A stretch of DNA of 64,000 nt, from positions 3,466 to 67,465 of the forward strand of contig CAUJIH010000068.1 in NCBI GenBank assembly GCA_963205275.1, given 5' to 3'. Numbering within the stretch: position 1 is the stretch's first letter; every line of letters begins with the position of its first letter. The stretch comes from Verrucomicrobiota bacterium. GTDB taxonomy: Bacteria; Verrucomicrobiota; Verrucomicrobiia; Verrucomicrobiales; DEV007. The translations under genes and the position numbers were made by a program. A model generated the notes under the pieces. The model did no database searches. It was not told where the DNA came from and saw nothing but the letters and a program-made list of their open reading frames with translations. This document shows, piece after piece, positions 7,822 to 15,660 of the stretch.

Positions 7822-10800
7822 CTAGGCGAGGCCGATGGAGCAGAGAATTTGTGGGTTGGTCAGCGGTTCTTCGTGAAGATTTGCCACAACGAGGCGGTCA
7901 TCGCGATGGAGAGTGGTGACAAGATCAGCCAAGTCATCATCGGAGATTTTCGCACGAAGTTGGCGGTTGAGCTTGTCGACGGCTTCAGTGGTGAGCGGGT
8001 GGTCGTAAATGGCTTGGATGGCGGCGAGGATTTGGTCGCTGAGAAAGAGGTCGTCTTTGCGCTGAAGCATGAATTGATTGAGCCGCTCGTAGCTGCGGTA
8101 GCGGGCACCACGGGGAGGACCAAGCCGACCCGCTTTGGTGTCGCCTCTGCGCTCGTTTTGGATGATTTTGACTGCCATTTCCACTAATTCATGGTGATCT
8201 TCACGCCGCGGTAAGGGCGTCTCTTCCGGTCCGCATTTGGCCCTACGGAAGATGCGGACGAGGGATTCGGTGACGATCTTGCCATCGGCATCGAGCCACA
8301 GCAGGGAATCTCCCCCGCGTGGAGTGCGGATGTAGGTAAGCACGCCGGGAGGGGAGAGTTCAGGATGATCGAGATCGAGGATGTGTTTCTTGGTGGCGTA
8401 CACCACGTTGGCCAATTGCTCGACTTTTTTGCGCAATGCGGGGTCATCCTTGGTCTCCTGAGACCAGACTTCGTAGGCTTCGGAAGTGAGGTCTACTTCG
8501 TCATCGTCTGGCTCATCAAGGATCCCAGATTTTTCATCGTAGAGGTTTTGTAATGACTCGATATCGACTGGCTGTTGATCCTCAAAGAAGGCCTCATCGG
8601 AGCCGACGACCTCTTCATTTTCGCGTAGGCGATGGATGATTCGCTGGCGGAGATTGATGACATTTTCCACGCCTTCGGCGGGCAGAAAGGAATAGCAAAA
8701 AACGGTATCGCGGCGCTGGCCGATGCGGTCGATGCGCCCCGCGCGCTGGATCAGCCGGATGATGGCCCATGGCAGATCGTAGTTGATTACGCGCCCGGCA
8801 TCTTGCAAGTTTTGTCCTTCGGAGAGAACATCGGTGGCAATGAGGATACGGGTTTGTTCGGCGGGAGGGAATTGATCGAGCTTGCCGTTTGATTCCGGGG
8901 AAAACCGCCATGCTTGGCGAGCGGGATCGACAGAGTCTCCGGTAACACAATCCACATGCTCCAAACCGGCGGCTTGAAGAGCACGCAGGAGGTAATCACC
9001 GGTATCGGCGAATTGGGTGAAAATGAGAAATTTCTCTTTGCTCTCGGTGCTTTGAAGAAGCTGAATCAGGGCTTGGAGCTTAAAGTCATCGCTGGGTGCG
9101 ATTTCACCGGTAGCGGTGAGCAAATCGCGCAAAGCGGTGGCGTCACGACGTAGTTCTTGTTTGAAGCTGCGCTTGAAGACATCTGTGCGCAGCCATTTGT
9201 AGCGCTTTCTGTGTGCCGATCCGGAAAGAGTCTGATACAGACGCTTCGCCTCTGCTTGATAATCTGCCTCTGTCCACGAACCAAGTGGCGGTAGGGAGCT
9301 TTGGGTTTCTTCTTCCAGATTCAACTCCCCTTCGCCTTCCCCGTCCGTTTCTACGTCGTCAGCATCGAAAAGGCGGGTATCGAGCAAAGCGGCATCGAGC
9401 TGGCCAATGGGAAGCGGCAGGGAATTTTCTAGGGCATAAATTTCTAATTCGTTTCGCAGAATGTGTCGGTGCAAGGAAAGTAGAAAGGCATTGGCAGAGC
9501 TTTCGAGCCGCTTGAAGAGGTTCGTGCGACAGAAACCGCGCATGCGATGGCCGGCGCGGGTGAGGTCGTCGATGATTTTCTCATCGGTCGCGCTGAGATC
9601 GCTCGGCAGAACGTCCTTTGTGTATCGGCTACGACCGTAGCGCGGCAATCGGAGTTCATTGATGATGCTCACGACTTCATCGCGCATCAGGCGGGCACAG
9701 CGATCCTGGGGATCGTCTGGATTGGCACGATACTTGACCGATTTCGGCTGGCGGACGGGGAAGTAGAGTCGCTCACCCTGCGGCAGTGTCAGAAAAGAAC
9801 GCTCCAAGGTAGAATCGTATTCCGCATAGTTATGCACGATGAAGGAACGGGTGCGGCGCACCATATAGAGACGCATGACGTCACGCCAATCGTCGGCATA
9901 CGGGCTGTGCTCAAAAGCGGCCAGTGAAGAGGTCGGGGTATTGGGGTGGCTAAGAGAAAACTTGGCTTCACCGATTTCTTGAAGCAGCGTTTCCGGGCGG
10001 ATACCGATGTCGCTTTGCTCGTTTAGGAATAGGCGGAGCTGGGCACCGAGGTCGAGGTAGGTTTTGTTATAAGGCGTGGCAGAAAGTAGGATGACCTTGC
10101 AATCATTGTGGGCGATATAATCGCGAAGGGCTTGATAAATTCTTCCCTCTTTGTTGCGGAAATTATGGGATTCATCGATGATGACGAGTCGATACCGCGG
10201 TAGAGTCGGCAATTTTTTCTGGGCTTGGCTCTGAGAAAGCACCTTGGGAGCTCGAAGTCCGAATTCATGGACATATTCCTCCCACATCGGGATAAGGTTT
10301 TTTGGACAGAGGATGAGGGTTTCTAACGAGAGGTCGTCTGCCATCACTCGAGCGATGGCCGAAGCAATGCGGGTTTTCCCTAATCCGACGACATCGCCGA
10401 CGAGCACTCCGCCGCGTTTGTTGAGATGGCGGCAGGCGATCTGAACGGCTTTTTCCTGAAAAGGGAGCAGCTTTTCCCGAATATCGTGGGGAATGCCAAA
10501 CTCCTTGATACCGTCGCGGGCGTCTTGCGACAGATGCCAGGCCATTTTTAGGTAGAGATGATAGGGACTGACCAGTTCCTCTCCCGCCCAACTTTCCTCA
10601 ATGACCTCGATGAGCTCTTGGCTGATATCGAGGCAGCGCGTGTCCTCCCAGCGATCGAGAAACCACTGGTTCAGCTTTTTGGCAGCATCTTGATCGGGAA
10701 CGTCGATGTTCAGTTCTCCTTGATTTTTGAGACCCGAAAAAGTGAGATTGGAAGAGCCGAGAAAGGCGAGAAGCGGAGTGAAATGATCGTCGCGATGAGC

Positions 10801-11259
10801 AAGGTAGAGCTTGGCGTGAAGCGAGTGTCGAAGAAAGAGCTTCACCTGAAGGCGACCTTCCCGAAGCTGTTTTACCAGACGCCGCAGACCTTTCTCATCG
10901 GCATTGGTTGGAAAACCCAGCGTGAGCTGCTTGCGGAATTCTTGAGCAGCAGCCTTGCACAAGGAGCGCATCGTCTTTTGGTCGGGAGGACGTTCAGGGC
11001 TGTTCTCAAGCCAAGAAGTAATCAAATGCAGATCCGGTACTCGCTGCATCCCTACGAGCAAGCGACAGGGGGCTGGAGCCTCAGGTTCTGTAACCATTGG
11101 CCAGCTTTCGACGACAGCATCGATGGATCGCCAACCGCGTAAATTGAAGTAGCCGACACAAAAATCACCTCTATGAGCAACCTTTAGAGCATCTTTAAGG
11201 CCGTTTTTATCGCTGTTCTCGAGGAATGATGTCTCGATATTGTCAAATACGTGGGGCAT
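7822..11259 (-). CDS. PLD (HKD) nuclease-like domain fused to SNF2-family SF2 helicase/translocase, with uncharacterised C-terminal extension
   Basis: 1145 aa. N-terminal HKD motif: SLHAKLYLAHRDD...FLGSSNLTFSG (aa ~146-176, nt ~10730-10825). SF2 motif I VGLGKT (aa 291-296), motif II VIIDESHNF (DESH aa 362-365), motif III LLSATPYNK, motif V ILIATDVLSEGQNLQD, motif VI QRAGRIDRIGQ. The last ~250 aa have no motif I recognise. Confidence 0.85.
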   Translation of the reverse strand: MPHVFDNIETSFLENSDKNGLKDALKVAHRGDFCVGYFNLRGWRSIDAVVESWPMVTEPEAPAPCRLLVGMQRVPDLHLITSWLENSPERPPDQKTMRSLCKAAAQEFRKQLTLGFPTNADEKGLRRLVKQLREGRLQVKLFLRHSLHAKLYLAHRDDHFTPLLAFLGSSNLTFSGLKNQGELNIDVPDQDAAKKLNQWFLDRWEDTRCLDISQELIEVIEESWAGEELVSPYHLYLKMAWHLSQDARDGIKEFGIPHDIREKLLPFQEKAVQIACRHLNKRGGVLVGDVVGLGKTRIASAIARVMADDLSLETLILCPKNLIPMWEEYVHEFGLRAPKVLSQSQAQKKLPTLPRYRLVIIDESHNFRNKEGRIYQALRDYIAHNDCKVILLSATPYNKTYLDLGAQLRLFLNEQSDIGIRPETLLQEIGEAKFSLSHPNTPTSSLAAFEHSPYADDWRDVMRLYMVRRTRSFIVHNYAEYDSTLERSFLTLPQGERLYFPVRQPKSVKYRANPDDPQDRCARLMRDEVVSIINELRLPRYGRSRYTKDVLPSDLSATDEKIIDDLTRAGHRMRGFCRTNLFKRLESSANAFLLSLHRHILRNELEIYALENSLPLPIGQLDAALLDTRLFDADDVETDGEGEGELNLEEETQSSLPPLGSWTEADYQAEAKRLYQTLSGSAHRKRYKWLRTDVFKRSFKQELRRDATALRDLLTATGEIAPSDDFKLQALIQLLQSTESKEKFLIFTQFADTGDYLLRALQAAGLEHVDCVTGDSVDPARQAWRFSPESNGKLDQFPPAEQTRILIATDVLSEGQNLQDAGRVINYDLPWAIIRLIQRAGRIDRIGQRRDTVFCYSFLPAEGVENVINLRQRIIHRLRENEEVVGSDEAFFEDQQPVDIESLQNLYDEKSGILDEPDDDEVDLTSEAYEVWSQETKDDPALRKKVEQLANVVYATKKHILDLDHPELSPPGVLTYIRTPRGGDSLLWLDADGKIVTESLVRIFRRAKCGPEETPLPRREDHHELVEMAVKIIQNERRGDTKAGRLGPPRGARYRSYERLNQFMLQRKDDLFLSDQILAAIQAIYDHPLTTEAVDKLNRQLRAKISDDDLADLVTTLHRDDRLVVANLHEEPLTNPQILCSIGLA

Positions 11260-11838
11260 AGGAACAGGGGAATGCTGGTAGATAAGTCGATAGGCGGCAA
11301 GAATGAAAGAGGTATCGGGTCACAAGTTATACGATGATAAGAATCTGACCTATGGCCTTTTCCGATCGTGAGAATTGAGTCGCCTCATGCTCTCCTGCTC
11401 ACGATACACGAGCGAGACGCTCCTGCTCTCTTCATTGTTGGCGGCAGTCTCCCCCTTGTGTCACTTCTTCGCAAGGGAAGCGAGTTCGAACGATGGAGTG
11501 AATGGATTGACGATGCGTAGCTCTTCTATTTTCTGGCCATATTGCAGATCTCCAGAGAGTAGGGTGTCGCATTCGCTTGGCCGTGCTATGCGCGGTGCTG
11601 GCCCCTGAACTGAAAGCTCCGGCGACTCTGCTATTTAACTTCACACAGTCCACTTGTACTGGGCTCTTTGCGAAACCAGCCTTATCATTCACTACGCTGA
11701 TTTTCCGCCATTCCGATCATCACATTTCAGTTGATTCGTCCATGCCGATACCGGGCACACGTCCCTCGCCGAGTCCTTCGTTGCAAACAATCTTCGGGAG
11801 CTGACCTCGGAGTGTGGGAGCGGCTCGACATCCTTTCC

Positions 11839-12402
11839 TCATTCGAGTATCTGCACATCCCGTCCCGGTGCGCCATCACTCGCATTTGATATGCCCTCTT
11901 CTGTCTTCGAAGGGGGCGTGTAATCCATTGTTACCTGATTCCCATTGCGAATCGTCCCGTCCACGATGTCTGCAGTGAGAAATGAACCTTTCCTCGCGGG
12001 ACTCACTCTGGCATGTCCCACAGCCTGCCCGCTCTCTCCGTATACAGTCAAAATCGTCCCAGGTTCGACCTGAATCAGGCGACTTGATCGGATCAGAATG
12101 AAGTCACCCTCCGCACTCACATGCTGCACTAGGCCCACCGGGAGCGTCGTTGAACGGGCCGTTTGGGGTGAAGAATTCGCAGACACATCCGATGACAAGG
12201 TCGTCGAACTATCCCGAGACGGCAATACTCGGCACCCCGCCAATCCACTCACGAGCAAAGCGATCAGAAGGTAGTCGCGAAAATCCAATACGAAACGCAC
12301 GTCCCATTCTCGCGCAGATTTCCGTCCACTGGCAAGCCCGAGATCATTAGCGCCCGGATCACGACTCTGCACGGCTTTCCTCATCGCGTTGTTCTGACGC
12401 AT
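11839..12402 (-). CDS. hypothetical lipoprotein (last gene of the respiratory cluster)
   Basis: Lipobox-like LLVSGLAGC follows a hydrophobic stretch. A GTG at 12300 would give a clean signal peptide (RFVLDFRDYLLIALLVSGLAGC) and remove the overlap with the rhodanese gene. Function unknown. Confidence 0.45.
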   Translation of the reverse strand: MRQNNAMRKAVQSRDPGANDLGLASGRKSAREWDVRFVLDFRDYLLIALLVSGLAGCRVLPSRDSSTTLSSDVSANSSPQTARSTTLPVGLVQHVSAEGDFILIRSSRLIQVEPGTILTVYGESGQAVGHARVSPARKGSFLTADIVDGTIRNGNQVTMDYTPPSKTEEGISNASDGAPGRDVQILE

Positions 12403-12841
12403 GTCTTTTCTCCATCAGCTCCTGCCAGTCACCATCCAGAACATACACCGGATCGAGGCCGATCAACTCTCGTAGCCTCTGCGCGATCTCGGCACTGCGC
12501 TCACATCCACCACCACTGCAATAAACAATCACTGGTATCCCGTACGCTTCCTGCAAGTCTATCTGGTGCGCGAACATCAGATCTGCCCACTCCTCCACGT
12601 TCAATAAAATCGCACCAGAGACATGGCTCGCGTCATATTCCGACCTCGTTCTGGCATCGATCCACACGACGCGTCCTTTCTCCTCCAGCGCAAGCGCCTG
12701 CGACACACTGATCCGGTTCCGCTGTGCGCCTGAGTCTTCCACCTCGTACCACGGAGGGCTTGACGGATGGAAAAGTGCTGACATCCCGCCCGCGAGGATT
12801 GCACACCCCACCAAACCCGCTGCCTGCGTCCAAGCTGTCAT
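12359..12841 (-). CDS. rhodanese-like domain protein, membrane-anchored
   Basis: VWIDARTRSEYDASHVSGAILL...PVIVYCSGGGCERSAEIAQRL is the rhodanese fold with an active-site Cys loop. There is an N-terminal hydrophobic anchor. Confidence 0.75.
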   Translation of the reverse strand: MTAWTQAAGLVGCAILAGGMSALFHPSSPPWYEVEDSGAQRNRISVSQALALEEKGRVVWIDARTRSEYDASHVSGAILLNVEEWADLMFAHQIDLQEAYGIPVIVYCSGGGCERSAEIAQRLRELIGLDPVYVLDGDWQELMEKRHASEQRDEESRAES

Positions 12842-12850
12842 TGATTTTTC

Positions 12851-13966
12851 TCACCGAATCGAATAATACGCCAGTGCTTGGCCCCAATCCTCCAACTCAC
12901 AGTCCGTCTCAATACGGACGATTCCCAGCAGCGAATCTTTCGTGGTCTGGGGAGTAAGTTCCAGACGATAGCATCGACCTTCCTCCTCCGGAATCACACG
13001 ACACTCCACCTCTGGGCGTTGACTTACGGCTGAAAGAATACGAATGGGCTTTTTCCGCACCACTTGAAAGAGCACCCTCTTGGTCTCGGACTCACCTCCC
13101 TGTCGCCAAACTGTCATCGGAGGCTCAATCGTGAAGGCGGGTTCCCTTTCGATCCGAGCGAGAAGAAATATCGGGCGATTCTGCCCCTCCACCTTTACTA
13201 GGATACGTCGATCCACCTCTCCTTTCAGCCGCCTTGCATCAAAAACGCCTCGGATTTCAGCTTGCCCCTCCGCCGGAATCGGATTCGCGCTCATCGTAAC
13301 TTCCAGACACTCACATCCGCTCTCGAGAGACTCAATCCGCACGGCCTGAGAACTAGAATTCACGACAGTATAAGTCAATGTGACCTCACGTTGCCCAGCT
13401 TCCAGTCGTGCCAATTGAGATTCGGGAGAAAAGACGAGAGCGCCTACCTTCGTGCCTTTGACTGCTGGGATAGACTGCGACAGAGAAATCCCATCTACTT
13501 TCTCCATACTCCTCCCGTCGCTACTCGGAACAAACCAGTGATGCACCATGAAATAGATGATCACGCCCGTGACGGACACAAACAGCCATATGGGGACAAC
13601 GAAGCGAGCGAGCTTACGATGTCGCTTCAGCTTTCCACGAAACGCTGCTACCACCAGCACGATAATCAGGGGTAAATTCACCGCCGCCAGAAGAATATGT
13701 GGCAGAAGGATCGCCAGATAAACTTTCCTCGCCACCGGATACTCGGCAGGAAACTCTGTATGCCCGGCCTCGGAGTGATACGTTAAATATCCGATCAGAA
13801 ACAGGACGATACAAGTCAGTGCTCCCAGCATCGCAATCTTGTGCGCTCGTCGTCGCCCCTGCCGAATCATAATGATCCCCACGATGAGCAGAATCGCGCT
13901 CAGCGCATTGAATGTCGTATTCAGTGCGGGGAGGAACGAAACATCAATGGTGCCTAGAAAACTCAT
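12851..13966 (-). CDS. DUF420 (CtaM-like oxidase accessory membrane domain) fused to DUF1573-like beta-sandwich domains
   Basis: N-terminal 4-TM region: LNTTFNALSAILLIVGIIMIRQGRRRAHKIAM...LLPHILLAAVNLPL...HRKLARFVVPIWLFVSVTGVIIY, the DUF420 pattern. The C-terminal ~200 aa are soluble, with DUF1573-like repeats (VTLTYTVVNSSSQAVRIESLESGCECLEV). It overlaps SCO1 by 4 bp. Confidence 0.65.
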   Translation of the reverse strand: MSFLGTIDVSFLPALNTTFNALSAILLIVGIIMIRQGRRRAHKIAMLGALTCIVLFLIGYLTYHSEAGHTEFPAEYPVARKVYLAILLPHILLAAVNLPLIIVLVVAAFRGKLKRHRKLARFVVPIWLFVSVTGVIIYFMVHHWFVPSSDGRSMEKVDGISLSQSIPAVKGTKVGALVFSPESQLARLEAGQREVTLTYTVVNSSSQAVRIESLESGCECLEVTMSANPIPAEGQAEIRGVFDARRLKGEVDRRILVKVEGQNRPIFLLARIEREPAFTIEPPMTVWRQGGESETKRVLFQVVRKKPIRILSAVSQRPEVECRVIPEEEGRCYRLELTPQTTKDSLLGIVRIETDCELEDWGQALAYYSIR

Positions 13967-14697
13967 GGGGTAGGAGGCTCCACAGCCTGCACGTCAGAGA
14001 GCTTCAGTTCCGGGTGCAAAACCAGCTTCAAGTCGCGACGCAATCGATCAATCTCATGCTGCCCATACTGGACATTCATCACGTCGTAATACCCTCGGAT
14101 ATTGGCTGCTCCGTCCACGATGACAAGTCGCTGATCATGAGCAAATTCTCCCTGTGCCGCTTTCATCGCAGGATCCGTAATCTTTTCGGTACTGTAAAGT
14201 TTGAATTGCTGCAGCATGTATCGCGTAAATGCCTCTGGATTGCCGGTCAAGAACCACCAATTCGCCTCATCTACGCCCTTCTTCTTTACCCATGCATCCA
14301 TCTTTTCGGGAGTATCTCCCTCCGGATTGACGCTGATCGACACCAGTTGGAACTGTGGCTCCGAACCAAAATCTCGCTCAAGTGACTTCATCACGGCAGC
14401 GAGTCCAAGACAGCCCGCTGGGCAATCTGTGTACTGATAGCCCACCACATACACCTTATTTCGAAGCTGCCCCAAAGAAACCTTCTCCCCCGTGCGATTC
14501 ACCGCCGGCAGATCATCCTCCAGTCGCCCCAGATACGGAGGTCGCCAGTTCTCCCGCTCATAGCGCTGTCGCTCCAAATAGGATCGAGTAATAAAAATAG
14601 AACCTAGCGTGATCATCAGGCACACCCCCGCGATGGATCCCCACCAAGCGAGGTGCTTGCCTTTCGCTTCTTCAGACGACGAATTCTCAGACTCCAT
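13963..14697 (-). CDS. SCO1/SenC family copper chaperone (thioredoxin fold)
   Basis: VYVVGYQYTDCPAGCLGLAAVM (CxxxC) ...LVSISVNPEGDTPEKM...FAHDQRLVIVD. I place the start at ATG 14697 (MESENSS...). The longer track ORF running to 14997 overlaps ctaB. Confidence 0.8.
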   Translation of the reverse strand: MESENSSSEEAKGKHLAWWGSIAGVCLMITLGSIFITRSYLERQRYERENWRPPYLGRLEDDLPAVNRTGEKVSLGQLRNKVYVVGYQYTDCPAGCLGLAAVMKSLERDFGSEPQFQLVSISVNPEGDTPEKMDAWVKKKGVDEANWWFLTGNPEAFTRYMLQQFKLYSTEKITDPAMKAAQGEFAHDQRLVIVDGAANIRGYYDVMNVQYGQHEIDRLRRDLKLVLHPELKLSDVQAVEPPTP

Positions 14698-14708
14698 CAG
14701 TATATTGA

Positions 14709-15641
14709 TCAAACAGCCACCCCTCCGCCCCAGGCCAGCCAGCCAACGAGCAACTCCAGAGGCAGATAGAGCAGCGTATAGAAAAAGAGTCGGCGAGCAT
14801 CCCTCCGAGTGCCCCCTTGCAGAAACCTCACCGACATCACGATGAGCCATCCACCGAGAAGCGCGCTCGGTAGCGCCGCCCATGGACTCATCAGGGAAGC
14901 AAAAAACGGAAATCCAACGGTGAAAGCGAATACTACCACAGAGTAACCCACGGCGATCCGCCCTGTGTGAACGGCATTCGTATCTGTGTTCGCCCACATC
15001 TGGAAACCTCCACGCACATAGTCATCACGATGAATCCAATTGATCGCAGCGAAATGCGGTAACTGCCAGAAAAAGAGTAATCCGAACAGGAAAATCGAAC
15101 TCGGGTGCGTCAGTGACACGCCCCCACCCGCGACGCCAATCAGCGGCGGCAGGGCTCCAGCAATCGCTCCCAAGAGCGTATTCACCGAAGAAATTTGCTT
15201 CATCGGAGTGTAAAAAAACAGATAGGACACCAAGGTCGCTGCGGCAACCGCTGACGCAGTTGGATTGACTCGAACCCCCAGATGTACCAATCCAAAGGCA
15301 GCGAGAAACCACCCGATTACGAACGCGACTCCCTTCGGCAACCTTTTCGATGGAAGTGGACGATTCGCGGTACGGTACATCTTCGCATCCGCATCGACTT
15401 CCATCAGTTGGTTAAAAATTGCCGCGCCCCCAGCCGACAGGCTTGTTCCAATCACCAGATGAAATATCACTAGCCACGAGAACTCCCCTGTAAGCTTCGT
15501 TGTAAATAAATATCCAAATATCGTCGTGACGACGACTAGAGCACTCAGCCGCGCCTTTGTCAGCGCAACCACGTCCTCTTGAACCTGCCGCAACATAACT
15601 GTGATTGAGAACTTTGTATCGCTGGAGTGCGTTGTCGCCAT
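14709..15641 (-). CDS. ctaB: protoheme IX farnesyltransferase (heme O synthase)
   Basis: UbiA-family pattern: LTKARLSALVVVTTIFGY...NQLMEVDADAKMYRTANRPLPS. ATG 15641 avoids the overlap with ctaA. The track ORF extends to 15698. Confidence 0.9.
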   Translation of the reverse strand: MATTHSSDTKFSITVMLRQVQEDVVALTKARLSALVVVTTIFGYLFTTKLTGEFSWLVIFHLVIGTSLSAGGAAIFNQLMEVDADAKMYRTANRPLPSKRLPKGVAFVIGWFLAAFGLVHLGVRVNPTASAVAAATLVSYLFFYTPMKQISSVNTLLGAIAGALPPLIGVAGGGVSLTHPSSIFLFGLLFFWQLPHFAAINWIHRDDYVRGGFQMWANTDTNAVHTGRIAVGYSVVVFAFTVGFPFFASLMSPWAALPSALLGGWLIVMSVRFLQGGTRRDARRLFFYTLLYLPLELLVGWLAWGGGVAV

Positions 15642-15660
15642 CGTATCGTGAAGAATTACC

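Noticed and set aside
11365-11428. 8-bp inverted repeat atcgtgag/ctcacgat (11365-11372 / 11398-11405) and a 9-bp direct repeat ctcctgctc (11392-11400 / 11420-11428) upstream of the helicase gene.
   Set aside because: They are short enough to occur by chance. There are no matching copies at the left boundary, so they are not evidence for att sites or terminal repeats.
11482-11491. gagttcgaac, reminiscent of a tRNA T-loop (GTTCGAA) and therefore of a tRNA or attachment site at the island border.
   Set aside because: The flanking bases do not form a T-stem or acceptor stem. No cloverleaf can be drawn by eye.
2640-11838. Calling the segment a mobile genetic element, or classifying it as BREX, DISARM or Type I R-M.
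   Set aside because: I can see no integrase, transposase, recombinase, terminal inverted repeats or flanking direct repeats. I can also see no PglZ/BrxC/BrxL, DrmA/DrmB (DUF1998) or HsdS/HsdR. Only an insertion-like context can be claimed.
14698-14997. Long N-terminal extensions of track ORFs: SCO1 to 14997, ABC-3 permease to 54203, RND adaptor to 52118, ctaB to 15698.
   Set aside because: The extensions overlap the upstream gene or lack signal or TM logic. Internal ATGs at 14697, 54035, 52013 and 15641 give canonical N-termini and tidy intergenic spacing.
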